This document shows, piece after piece, positions 12,095-24,900 of a stretch of 64,000 bases of DNA. Source of the DNA: Oikopleura dioica (lineage: Eukaryota; Animalia; Chordata). Every line of letters starts with the position of its first letter. Position 1 is the stretch's first letter. A model generated the notes under the pieces. That model worked only from the letters and a program-made list of their open reading frames with translations, did no database searches and was not told where the DNA came from. The stretch lies in assembly GCA_907165135.1 (NCBI GenBank), contig OU015566.1:8122001-8186000 (forward strand), in the 5' to 3' direction. The position numbers and the translations under genes are program-made.

Positions 12095-12871
12095 TATTTT
12101 ATCCTAGAAAAGCGAAGAAAATTTTTTGCCAATTAATCTCTTTCGGCAGTTGGTTATTGCGTCTAAATACGTAATAGTAAAAGATTGTACGGGTTGTATG
12201 CATTTCATGCCGAGTAAATATGGCCCGCGCCAAGGGTCAACAGAGGTCCTGAAACGAAAGCTTTCGGAACATTCTAGCTTTTCGACAAAGTTCAATTTTA
12301 AAGACTACTTTCAGTTGTTGATGGTAAAATTTTTTCAAACCACAAATTACGAGGCTGTGAACCAGACGATTCATAAAGACTTTCAATTATTTTTCAATAT
12401 GTGTTTTAAATAACCGGTAAATGATATTGACATGTAAGCAAAGAAATGATGCGCTTGATGAGGTCGATTTTGTAGAACCAAAAATTGACACCTTATCTTC
12501 TTCGTTGATAAAAGTCAAATTGAAAATAGGGGTCAGGAAGTCTACCCCGAGGAATATTTGATATGAATCCGATCGTTAAAACTATGGACGCTTAGCAAAT
12601 CGTATTAACACGGTCTGAGATTTAATAGTGTTGAATTACGTTGCACTCAGGTCAATTACGCGCCCGGTAATAATCATTTTGAAGCAGAAATGGTTTTCTT
12701 TATAAGTTATGGCTCCCAGAAGAGCGTTAGCTGCTGCGCAAAGCACAACACTCACGAGTTTTTACGAGCGAGCTAGTCAGATTTCGGCATATTTTAATCT
12801 CTTCAACATAATTCACCGTTAACTTTCCGCAGAGAGAGAGAGTATCTTTTTTTGAGTGACCAAATGATTTT

Positions 12872-15194
12872 ATGAAGAAGATGCCGCTCAGAGATAAATT
12901 TCTACTCCTGACGGTTATAGGACTAGCAAGGTAAAAAACATCACACATCAAGAAGACCATTTGTAACATCCGCGTCATTTAGAGCACAATTTCCCACCTG
13001 TCCCGAAAATCTTAGAGCTCAAGGAGATTCAGTTTTTATAACAAGATGTAATCTTGAAGGTAACTAAACTCCTCATTCCGTAAATGTATCCATCTCTCAA
13101 GAATTCACGATCATCGTTGAGCCCCAGTGCTACAACAATATCACGACGGAAGAGGCCCACGATTTGGATAAGTGGATCATAACATCGTACAAAGTTTCTG
13201 AGGTCGAGAACTTCGATGCAAGTGTAAATGCGACCTGCACTGATGAAAAACAAAACGGACAAACAAGTTACTGGCTGAATGGCGAGAAACAAGAGAATGT
13301 CAACGCCGATTACTTTAATTTTCAACACAGGAAGAGTTGCTAAATTTCAAAATGGTATTGTACTAAAGGTACTTTGGATGACCCAAAAAGTTAGGACTAT
13401 CAAAATAGTAAAGTCAATGTTTCTTTTGAAGAAATAATTGATTTACTCCGTCATCATAATTTTATCGAGTGACACCGTAAATAAAAAGCTTATCACAAAG
13501 CTGATAATTACTGCCAATAAAAATTGACAACACGGAAAAGTGATTGTGGAGGAATAGAGCTTCAGAATCCGGAAGATGGAACAGATTCATTCTATGAAGT
13601 CTGGATTGCGCAGCTTGAGAACGAAGGAACCATTATAACGGGCGAGTGGAATGTCCGTTGTGTTGTTCAAGACGAAGAAACTGATGCAGCAACGTATAAT
13701 ATCGATACATCGAGGTAAATTTCATGATCAAAAATGTGCGTTTCAAGGTTTGATTTAGCGATGCTTTTGACAGCACTGGATACATAAACGCATTAGCTCT
13801 TGAAATTCAAAGCCTAGAGGTACCCTTAACAATGAAACTTCCCCAATGATCGTGAATTTACTTCAAGAGCGAGGCGCCGAGACTTGGTGAGCTTCAAAAA
13901 GTCGTCGTGAAAACAACGGCCTCCAGCGCGAAGGTCTTGGTTTGAGCTCAACCTTGCTTACTCACATTTGAGCCCAAATCAAATTTTATTTTTTACGGTC
14001 TTTACCGAGCTTAATCCAATCAAAGCTACTCAACGCTATCACAGATTTTTACAATATGCCCTATTTCTAAACACTTTAAAGTTTATACGCTCTTTTTCAC
14101 CTCTTCTTTTTCCAATAAAATCATATTATATTGAATTATTATATAGATTCTATTAATAATAGACTATTATGCACCTGATTAAAATCATAAAATATTTGGT
14201 GTGATCAAACCCACGTCAAGTTTAACGAAACCTTCGAATTCCGACTGGATAGGTGCTGGGGAAACAATGGTGAAAATTGGCAGTCGTCGAAATTCAAACA
14301 GATGGTGATTCTGGGCGAAGAGGAACGGTTATATTAAATCAATATAATGACTATGATAGACCACTATCATTCACGAACCTGCATCATATCAAATAATTAA
14401 CGGTTATAAAGACATCTGGTTGTCCCAACTCGCCGATAATAACAACTTACTCTTCAAAAGAGTTCCAATTCAGGAATAGGCTCGTAATTATCTGCTGAGT
14501 CATCAGAAGCTCTCGTAAAGAAAAGTGCATATTTCTACAACCTTGTTTACTTCCTTCATGACTTCCGTATCCGATTGATTTAAACATAAATAGTAGTTCG
14601 AAAGCCTCAAAAAAGAACTTTTAAGTTTCCCGGCAGGTGCGTTTCTAATCTAATTAAACCTTTTTCCAGGGGTCAGTTGTGCCTGGGCCACACATTTACA
14701 CAGATTTTATGCGGGACAAGCTACTTTAGCAAAGTCTCAATCTTTCTCTACTGAATACGTTTCTTGTAGTGACACGGTGCGAATTCAATGCGAAGTCAAA
14801 ATTTGCGAGAGTAAGTAAAAATATCGGACTCCAAATCTTGAAAATTGTCCATGATGGTGGACCAATTTAGTAATCTGTTAGAAGTTTTGTAATCCGATCT
14901 TTTAGAGGGCGAAGACGGATGTGAAGAACCAGGATCGTAATTTATGAACTTTACGGCAGTCACGTGAAGTGAAAATCTTTTTCTTGAGTAATGCTTTGCC
15001 ACAGTCATAAATTCAAGGCAGACTGCTCGGAAGGACAAGGAAACTCCGGAAATTCCGGAAATTCTGGAAACACCCGAAAGAAGAGAAGCATCGGAAGTCC
15101 GAATGAGAAGAAAATTTTGTTAGCTGAAGGTATTGAATGTTTACTCCAATATAAGTTTCTTCTTTTTCTAGCTTTTTTCGATTATGATGCCTGA
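12872..15194 (+). CDS. Secreted ZP-domain-like protein, many small exons
   Basis: Signal-like MKKMPLRDKFLLLTVIGLA; later exons DCGGIEL...WNVRCVV, SGCPNS...EFQFR and VRIQCEVKIC, then a furin site RKKR. This is the typical ZP-C layout. Exon boundaries are approximate. Confidence 0.6.
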
Positions 15195-15447
15195 AGAGTT
15201 GAGTCGATGATTCTTTCCCAAAAACTCCGGACCTGCCAAAGATAGTTCCATTCTATGTATTCAAAGCAAAATTTATACCAAACAAAATAAATATCCATAG
15301 CTATCATAATTGATTGATGATTAATCGAAGATTTTACGCTCATCCGTAAAAGCATCTATGAAAAATGCAGCTGGAAATAGCTGGCATGTCAATAGAATGT
15401 CAGTAGACCAAGGTCTTAGCGGCGCGGAGAGAGGTAGTAGCGCGGAA

Positions 15448-16764
15448 ATGCGCCCCCTCGTGGTTACCTTCTCATACTTGACATGGTTCTTGAGCATAAC
15501 ATAGCCATAAAACAGAGAGTTTATTCTTACAAGGAGAAAATAAAGGAATAAAATGGCTTAGAACGAAAGAAATAGGCTCAAAAAGGTAAGATTTCTCCCT
15601 AAAGACGAAAAAATATAAAGAAAAAATTTTTAATAAAGAGAAGTAAAAGCAACATTATGTTCGAGCATCAAGTTCCCAGAACATCAATTATGCAGCACTC
15701 AGTCTAAATTCTCTTTTTGAGAAATTATTTTCAATTAAAAATTTATTCTAGCAATTAAACTTTCTAAAAGTAACGCCGAACTTTAAGAGAAAAAGAGAGA
15801 ATATACGCGGCAGAAGATGGGTTGGAATCCAAACTCGTGGCGGGAGTATGCTAATTACGAGTGTGCAAAGGCTCATGTTGGAAATAATGGAAGTATGAAA
15901 ATCGTCCAGTGTTATTTCAGGTAAAATATTGATGTGTTCGGCGTTTTCTTCGTATTTGTTTAATGTTCTTTATAAATTGAATAATCAGTGAAACATCATT
16001 TTATATTTGCATGTATCTGTCATTATAGTTTTATGTGATTAATATAAATTTCAATTCATGTTTATCAAATATTTTTTCAGTCATCTAAATCGCTAAAAAA
16101 ACAAAATAAGTAGGAATAACTTTAGCAAACTATGCAAATTTACATTTTCTGGTATCAAAGTTAGAAGATGTCGAAGATGTTTACATATGTAGTAAGAAGC
16201 AATTCGCATGTGTGTTAGTCGTTTCACTATTTGTTACACTAGGATATGTTGTAGCTCTGAAAAAGTGAAGCTACCACGCTGTCTCATTGACTTTTCCGCT
16301 CGACTTTTTGGCGAGCAGGAATGTCGTCAGCACATGTTTCAGCTCTACGAAAATCTCAATCCTTCCAACAAAATCGTAAGCTCCCTATTTCAACTAGCAA
16401 ATTACAGTAACCTTGCTGTCTTCCAGCACAAAGATAACATCGACTGGCAGGAAAATCTGCGCGACGAGCTTTTCGGAATTATTTATGATAAAAAAGGTAG
16501 AAGAGGAAAAATTATTCAAGGTAAAAGAAAACCCCTTTAATTATTTTCTAACAGTGGAATACTTCAGGAGAATATCTTCAACCGTTACCGCAAGAAATCA
16601 TCAATTATTTCATCATTGGAAGTCTCGGCTTGATCTTTCTTCTCGCTCTGATATTCAGAAAAATTCGAACCCGCAAGAAGAAAAATTTGACATTCACTCG
16701 ATCAGTGGACGACTGTCTACTCGACGAAAAGAGCTCTAAAGACGAAAAAGTACTTATATCTTGA
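15448..16764 (+). CDS. Hypothetical single-pass membrane protein (5' end uncertain)
   Basis: Exons about 15788-15920, 16243-16375, 16427-16520 and 16568-16764 join in frame: a Cys-containing ectodomain, TM YFIIGSLGLIFLLALIF, then a basic stop-transfer RKIRTRKKK. Confidence 0.5.
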
Positions 16765-18267
16765 AAACTGCCACTCTTTAACTTGTTTTTGCACAAAAAA
16801 CTTTGAAACAATTTGAAAGCGAATTGCTCTTGATTTCATTTTAAATGACTTGATGTTTTAAAAAGGAGAGTTCAAGACAATACAGATGCGCTGATCTTAC
16901 TGTCTGGCTGACAGTAAACTCACAGTCAAACTTTTTTGAGGGCTTGAGGGCTGAACCTCTTCTTGAATTGTTTCTGCGTCCTGGGATTGGAGTCTGTTCA
17001 ATTGCCCTGTTAATTATGAACCGTGACACCCTTAAGCGTGCATGTGTTTTGATGAATAACTAACACCTTCTGTAGTCGGTTACACGTTCTTCCTAGAGCT
17101 TATTTCAAAACTAACATTCTTCTTGCAGCACATTTACATTTTAGAGAGAGCTACAAGTAAAAAATACAACCAGATACAGACTCATAAAGAGGCGTTAAAA
17201 CAGAGAAGCGTTCACTTGCAACAGAAGATTCCAAAAAAAAATCTATTTTTTTTCTCTTGTTTTTGACGGACTTTGATGGACGGATGGCTTTGCTTCCATC
17301 CATTGTAAGTTTTTTTGTTGTTTTCGTTGATTTTGAAGGATAATTAAAAAATAATTATAAGAAGATTTTTTTGGGAATTGATAATAGCAACTTTGATTCA
17401 CATTTTTTGCACTACCGTTTTTGCCAGAGAGTCTCTGGAATATTTTCTCGAACAGTTACTTTTGTACAGACGAGGAGTTCTTGGGTATTTTCGTTCATCG
17501 CTCATCTGACAAAAACTCCAGTCGATATTAAATAAATGAACAGCACGTGGTTTTATTCAGCCGAAAAGTGAATGCACTTTTGAATTCCGGTTCAGCCCCT
17601 CGAAAATTCTTGAAGCTACTGATAATTGCTTGCCGTCTATGCTCAAATTCTGGTCTATTTTTTGTCTATCATTGCACATTGTTGAAATAAAAAATTCAGC
17701 TCCTTCGTTAAAAGACTCAAAAGGATGATCAAGGAATGTTCACAATGGGGCTGTGTTGTCAAAGGTTCTCAATATTAAAAACATTGTTGTTTCCACTTTC
17801 CAAAATTATCAAAAGAAACCTCTTTCGCTTAAAATCGTGTTGAACCTTTTCGTCTGACTCGTGTCTCTTGTTGTGCATGGGTTGGGAAGACGACAAACTG
17901 CTAGAGTGGTTTGCTGTGCAAAAGTTTAACCAATCGTTTCAACAGCAGGAAGAAATGGTGAATAATTACGGCTATGAAAGGCGCCACCAGAGGGTTTACT
18001 TCCAAAATGGCCAGGCGAGCAGGGAGGTTTTTTAAGCCAACATAGAAGACTTGAAAGCTGAGAAATTCACCTTAGTCCGTTTGAAAACCTCAAGAGTGCA
18101 TGGAAAAGACCAAAGGATGAGTGGAGAATTCTACACATGGAAGAACATGATGAGAGAGTTCAAATGAATATGGGATCGAGTTTTCAAGTTCGTCTTTTTT
18201 CTTAAAAAACGATCCGTTTTTTCTCACGAATTATATTATCTCATGAGCGATTTGAAAACTTGTGATA

Positions 18268-19595
18268 GAGTTTGACGCGGCAGCTGCCGAAGAAGACGAC
18301 GAAGATGATGGCTCATCGTCTGGATCAGAAGAAGAAGATGACTTGTAAACTTGTCTCAGTTGATAAGCATTTATTAATAATTCCAGGGCGCAAGAACAAT
18401 ACGAAATGGACATCGCTTTCGACATGATAGAGGAGTCTGACGGCGGCGACACTGAAAATGATTTTGAAGGCGAGTTTACAGAAATTTCCATTACGCTATC
18501 TGATTATTCGCCTACTGGTGGAAGGAGAGGGTTAATTTGTATTTTCAGGTGTTTAATTTCGACGAAAATTTTTGGTTTGTATAATCATTTAGAGTAGATA
18601 ATAGTAGTGTTAGAATGTCAATTCCTGCAAATAAATATCGTTAAAATGCTCAACCCTTGTTAAAGTTGCTTCGTATTCGCCCGCTGTGAGAGTCCAGTTG
18701 GTTCAATAATTTGAAAAATTGAAGGAGCACTCTTTTTGTATCATAAAAATACTAACGCTGCCAAATTTTTGCTACTAACCAAATTTACTTCTATTTGCCT
18801 TTTCTCTTACTCACCAAAAGCACTTCTAATAAACAAACGAAAAAAATTTGCAGATTCTTCATCAAACATTTCATTTTTGCCGAAAAGGAGAACTTGATTT
18901 TGGAAATTCAAAACTTGAAAAAATGTCCACAGAAGGTCCATTTTGGGAGAGACATTTGGGGCACATGGAGGAAACGGCGTATTATGGGCACGAGTTAAAC
19001 TTGTCAACTTATTAAAATCAGTGATGAAAATGTTGAAAAAAAACTCGAAAAAGGATTACCACAGTAGCTTATTTTGTTGCTGTCATGTTTGGATTCGGTA
19101 AGTTAGGGTTCGGCGTGAAACCGTTTTATTTTTTTTGGCTAATAATTGTCATTTTCAGCTTATCAGTGGGTCCTGTTAAAATCCGATTCCGACACTAGAA
19201 TGGCTGGAATCAACGTTTCAATCTTCTTCATCGTCATTCAGGAACTTGGTTGAAATCATAGAAGCCTAATCATTTTTGTAAGAAATCAATTTTAGTTCAC
19301 TCTCGAGATCGCAATTATAATTTTCAATTGTGCAATGTTTGTTCGATGACGGTCGCCAATAAGTGGCTTTATTAACCTTGTTAGTGCGCACTGAAAGCTT
19401 ACGGTGGTTTTATTTGCGTCTTCGCGTACGCAATTGCTGGGTAAGGCTTATTATTTATTGAGGATTATTTACGATCGTTATTTCTTCATTCTTTGAAAAA
19501 TTATTTTAAGGATGGTTAGCTTTTACTGCCTTCCAGGAGTTGCAGAAAGGATCAGAGACGGGCCAAGAAAATTGAAGAAGAAAAAGACTCAATAA
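18268..19595 (+). CDS. Hypothetical multi-pass membrane protein with acidic N-region and C-terminal KKxx (5' end uncertain)
   Basis: Exons from 18854 splice in frame to ...TVAYFVAVMFGFAYQWVLL...INVSIFFIVIQFTLEIAIIIFNCAMFCALKAYGGFICVFAYAIAGMVSFYCLPG...KLKKKKTQ*. Linkage to the acidic exons at 18268-18530 is assumed. Confidence 0.45.
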
Positions 19596-19699
19596 AACTG
19601 CGATTATCACACAATTAAAGCGATACATTAATTCATAAAAATTGTATCAAGGATCGTTCTTGTGATTTTGAAGACAGATTCTTTTTAATAAATCAAGTC

Positions 19700-21600
19700 A
19701 AATCATTACCATTTAGATGATTTTAGACTAACAGACATGATCAATTCTGACATTGATCGAAAATTCGTAAATTTACGAAAAATACTATTTTGTCGATTCT
19801 TTGGTGAATTTCGTCTTTGGCCAGTATAGTCCACGCTTCCGGATATGCAACAAAAAAGCGTGAGTTCTACACTTTGCCAATTCAAACTTCCCAGAATAAT
19901 TTCAAGCAAAAAGAGTTTTCCATTTGGTCCTTCTCTCTTTCAAAATGGTTGAGGATGGTTCGTCTTGGAACAAATTTACGTATTCACATGAAAATATAAA
20001 TATGATTTTACTCTCTATCTCTTTTGTGTCTCTTGTGTAGTATTGTTGTACCGATAGTGCTGCTATCGATTACCGACTACGGGTAGGAGAATGAGGCCTT
20101 CTCGAGGGATCAGCCGTCGCGAAGAAAAAGTCCCGTTTTGGCGGCGCGAGAGAGCCAGCTACCCGCAAACTCATCGGACTTCCACCCTTTCTTATCGATA
20201 GTCTCTCGGTAATAGTGAATGTTTTATGCTTATTTGAAATCATGATGTGCTATTTAACTTTATTTTTTTAAAGAAACGATGAAATTTCTAAAATTCTATT
20301 ACAAAAAATTCGATAAAATCCCAACCGTTCTTGTTCCGGCCAAGTGATCAAAACGAGCAAGCGTTGTTCTATTGGAAAAAGAATAGTTCTATAGTATAGA
20401 ATCTATACGATATAAGAACAGTACTCTCTGTCGTATAATTTCATCTCATAAATGAGGACATCTATCCGATAGGCCTTGACCAGAAGATGAATTGTTAATG
20501 CAATTATTTCTAGCTATGCAATGCGAATACTTCCCGATTTCCTTGGGTGAATAATTCACAATCGGGCGCACGTAAAATATTGAAAATATATCCACAACCT
20601 GATGGAATATTCAATTTCGTCGATCAAACATTACGCGTCTTGGGAGGAAATTGCTAGAGCATAGATATGCTCTTAGAAGTTTCACTCAAGCGGCACTTGA
20701 TCAAAAAGACTGTTGCCGTAAACTGAAGCTGGGCGGATTTTTCTAGGGATCAAGCTGGGCTCACTTTACAAACACGATGTAACTGGGATACTCGATACAC
20801 TGTTTAACCCCTTCTCGACACAACATACGCATCGGCAAATCCGCCAAGCCTAATCCACCGGTAAAGAATCGGTACGGTTTCCCCAGTTTTTGGAAATTAT
20901 CCAAAGTTCAGTTTACAAAGTTATAAAAACTTAAGTTCCATAGGCTATGAATTGTCTTATCGTAATGGCAAAAAATGGCCATTAATACAAGGAAGGTTAA
21001 AATCACAATAACAAGAAATCGAATCATGAAAATTATATATGCAGATAATGACAAAATCAAATAAAAATCCTTCCGTTTCTGATTTTTTTTTTTCAATTAA
21101 AGAGAATCGAGATATTTTTGGATCATTCTGGGAGAGGGTAAAGTGTAATTGACAGTAGGTTGGTAAGCGCAGTTGGCTATTTTCAGTGGTGACACTTTGA
21201 CTCGTCTTCAATTTTTTTCTTCAGCGCGATCTCTGATCTCCTAATTACTTGCATAGCGCTGAATCTCCCTGAATAACAGACGCAACTACAGTAAGAGAGA
21301 AATATGGGAAACTGTGCAGGAAAGCCGAAGACTAAAGAGCCTCCAGTATCGTCACGGGCGAAAATTGAGGTAATGAAAATGTAAAAAATTAAAATATGTC
21401 CGAATTTTTTGGAAAAGTCGAACTCAGACTGAGTTGTTAGAACAATGACTATTCCTACTCTAAGAATTTGTCGTATGTCATCAGAAAACGCATTTTTAGT
21501 CGCCCCGCCAGCCCAAAGAGACAGCAGCACAGGAATCGGGTCACCAAATATTATCGCCAAAAGTGCCAATCTAGGCCAAAAATCAAAAGCACCTCTGCAT
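19700..21600 (-). CDS. Possible uncharacterised membrane protein (fragmentary model)
   Basis: Hydrophobic minus-strand ORFs at 21183-21569 and 20908-21096, plus coding-like segments near 20100-20215 and 19780-19870. No complete splice path established. Confidence 0.3.
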
Positions 21601-21915
21601 TTTTCCTCTTACACGCCCTTGATTTCGTTTTTTCCGCCTTCGTCTAAAACCTAAGAGAAGATGGGCCAGGAGATCTTAAGGAAACGAGCTTTTAAAATTT
21701 TTCATAATTTGATCGAAGGAATTCTGCTGTTTGAAATGTCTCTAAGCTCAAACAAAGAGCTGGATTAGTACTGGGATTGACCACAGCAGTTTTCATTTTT
21801 TTAGCCCTGAAAAAGCCAAGGTCACTAAAATCTGACATGATTGATGGCGAGTAACACGCATAATACACCTGCTTAGCACTAGAATCTCGAGTGACAGGTG
21901 ACTTATTTTTGACCT

Positions 21916-24900
21916 GAAAAAGAAACAAAACAAGCCAGCAACTCCACCAAAAACAGAAGTTGACCAGCGAGGGCCTCGACCAGATCCGTTTACCAAAACT
22001 TCTTCCGAGACAAAATGGATCACCCCAACCCCAAAGAAGCCCGAAGTAATTGTCGAACCCGAACCTGAACCAGTCGCCGAACCAGAACCCGAGCCAGTGA
22101 TTGAACAAGTGATCGATCAGCCTGAGCAGGCTCAGCAAACTTCTGCTGACATCGCAGTTGATGATGATCAGAAAGAGGTTAGAGGCGTGAGAATCAAATT
22201 TCACTGTACTAGATTGCTCAGAACCGTATTTCCTAAATGCTAATTGAATCAATAATCACTTCAGATCGACGCGAACGCTGTCAACGACTTTGCTGACGCC
22301 TTATCAGACAGCTGCAAAAGGGTTGCTCTTGAGGAGATTGATATTCAAAAAGGCAAATTGCAAAAACATTACGCAGCGAAGTCAATGTTTTTTAGATGAA
22401 GTCGAAGGGGAAACGATTATTACTCCTGATTTCGTCGAGGAAACCCTCATCCAGCCCATCAAACGGGAAGATTCTATGAAAAATCGAATCGAAGGCAAAA
22501 CTCTGGCCGATTACACCAAAGAAACTCCTATCGAAAAAGTCACAGAAGCAACCCAAGAAGTTGAAGCCTTCATAGAGGAAGAGTTCATCGCTCCTGTCGA
22601 GCGACAGGAATCCCTAAAAGACCGAATCGAAGGCAAAACATTTGAGGAATATCAAAAAGCTCAAGAAGAGGCCGAGGATTTGGCTGATGTCGGCAAGGAG
22701 ATTGAAGCCGCATTGAATGAGCTTGAATCTTCACAAGTTGCCTTAGATTCTGTTCGACAGGCAAATCTGGTAAGCGAAAACGTGACCAAAGAAAATGCAA
22801 ACTTATCATTTTATAGGAAGCCACCATCGAAGCTGTCACCAAGGTAAATATCATTTGTTCTCGACCTGAATTTCGCGCACTTGAATTTCGCGAAATCGCA
22901 ATTTATATCCATCACCAATCATCACATAAATTTCGTTTTGTAGCCCTTTGAATCTGCTCAGGTAATCTTACAAAAAAACATATTCACACGCATATAACAT
23001 GACTTCTACAAAATTAACGAAAGCTATTAAAAATTTGCAGTTTGATTTACTAATTACTGATGAAAAAGACTAACGAGTGAGAATCAGCAATCCTCGAATC
23101 GCGCGCAGACGGAAATCAAAGATGAGTACGATTACGTGCAGAACATCGGTAGCAGCGTTGAGAAGTTCAAACCTGCTGAGCAGGCCTCAGCTCCAAAATC
23201 AATCGGGTAATAATGCCGTAGTGACAAATCAGTTCCTTTCTTATTCGAAATTTCAGACCTCAGTATTCATCTCTCGCCGATGCGCCAATAATTTACGACG
23301 ATCTTGAAGAAGAATATTTCTCCGCTCAATCATCTGTTCCGACATCAACTAAATTCGACTCCGCTGAAAGCAGAGATATCTTCTCAAACGAGACCTCCCG
23401 AAACGATGAACTCGAAGATGAGGAGGTTGATGATGAGATCGTCGAAGGTGGACTCAATAGCAACTCTTTTGATGAAGAGCTTGAAGGAGAAGAGAAAGAG
23501 GATCTTCTTCAACAAGAGGATTGTGGCATCATGGAAGACCAACAAGCTCCATCAATTCATAAAATTCACTTGAAGAACGTCATTGACACCGAAAAAGATG
23601 AGACGGCTGAGCCTGCTCAAGAGAAACCAAAATTCACAGAAGATGACGGAGAACCCGGTAATTTGATCGAAGATTATGAAGACCAGCTGAAAGATGACTC
23701 CTCAAAAGATGTTGCGAAAGAAACATCTAAGGCTGATAAAGAGAAAACCGATGAAACTGTTTCAGAAATCATCGAGTGTTCTACCGAAGCTACTGAAGTT
23801 GAGGAACCAGTTGAAGCTGTTGCTACTTCAAAAGAAGACATCGTTCACCATGGATTCATCGAAATCATTCCCAAAGATGGCTCTGAGATCATCACCAAGG
23901 AGTATGAAATCGTCGAGAAGCCCCAGTCTGACCTCCCTGAAGAAATTGCCGACCATGAATCTGAAGCTTTAGAAAGCACACAGACTGACGTTGAGGATCT
24001 CTACAAAACTGAAGCGTCGGAATTCCCAACAGAGATGGACATTCTTTCCGAGCCTGATTCACGAGAAGCTTACCATCCACTTGAAAGCATGATTAGACAT
24101 CTGTCTCTTGATGTCAATATGGACGAAGCCATGGTGCCTGAAAACTTGGAACCTATTGTTCAATTCCATGAAGAATCAAAGTGCAAAGAAACTCTTGACA
24201 AACTCGCATTGACTCTTGCTGATGATTTTGAAAATCAAGGAGAAACTTCTTTTCGAGAAATCGATGAACCAGAAATCGAAATTGAGGAAGAAAAGACTCC
24301 AAAAGAAGAGGCTGATAACAGTGGTCGAAGTGAATTTGAGCCCATCGAAAATCAATCGGCTGAAGAAGAAGAACCAGAAACTCAAGTTCAGGGTGACCAA
24401 CCTGTCGCTGAAGAAAAAGTTTTGGACGCAGTAGTGGAAGAAATCTTCAAAAAGTTTATTCCGAATCCTGAGGCATACGTGCCAGTTTACGATTACAGCC
24501 GTCCTGCTCTTTATGAGCAGCAAGTCTTTGAAAAAACAGAGGATGTGTCGTCATCTCCGGTTCCGAAAGATGATAATCGAGTCACCCAAGAAAATATCGA
24601 AAGCTTTTTCCGATCTGTTTCCCAGGAAAATGTCAATGCAGAACCAAAACAAGAAGAAAAAGAATACACGCCTGTTTTTTACTACAGCAGACCCAGTCCC
24701 GTAGATGAAGATGTTGTTGCTTCTGAAGTCCTAAAGACTCCCGAAATTGTCGAAAAAGGAATTGAAATTTCTGAGACGAAAGAATACACGACTGTTTTCG
24801 ATTATAGTCGCCCTTCACCTTATGACCCAGAAGTTGTCGAATCCGAAGTTGAAAAAACTGTCGAAATTTCCGATTCACTCGCCAATGAAGACGAAAAAAT

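Noticed and set aside
15300-20000. Decayed transposon or gene desert
   Set aside because: No TIRs, LTRs, or transposase/RT motifs; much of it resolves into spliced orphan membrane-protein genes. 16800-18200 remains unexplained.
20049-20211. Small TA-flanked MITE (taccga...ctatcgat / atcgatag...tcggta; cgggtag / ctacccg)
   Set aside because: The inverted matches are only 6-8 bp and gapped, and the minus strand reads as a plausible exon (HYYRETIDKKGWKSDEFAGSW).
21661-21680. MGQ myristoylation-type start for the giant acidic protein
   Set aside because: No convincing in-frame splice path to the downstream exons, and it may overlap the minus-strand gene.
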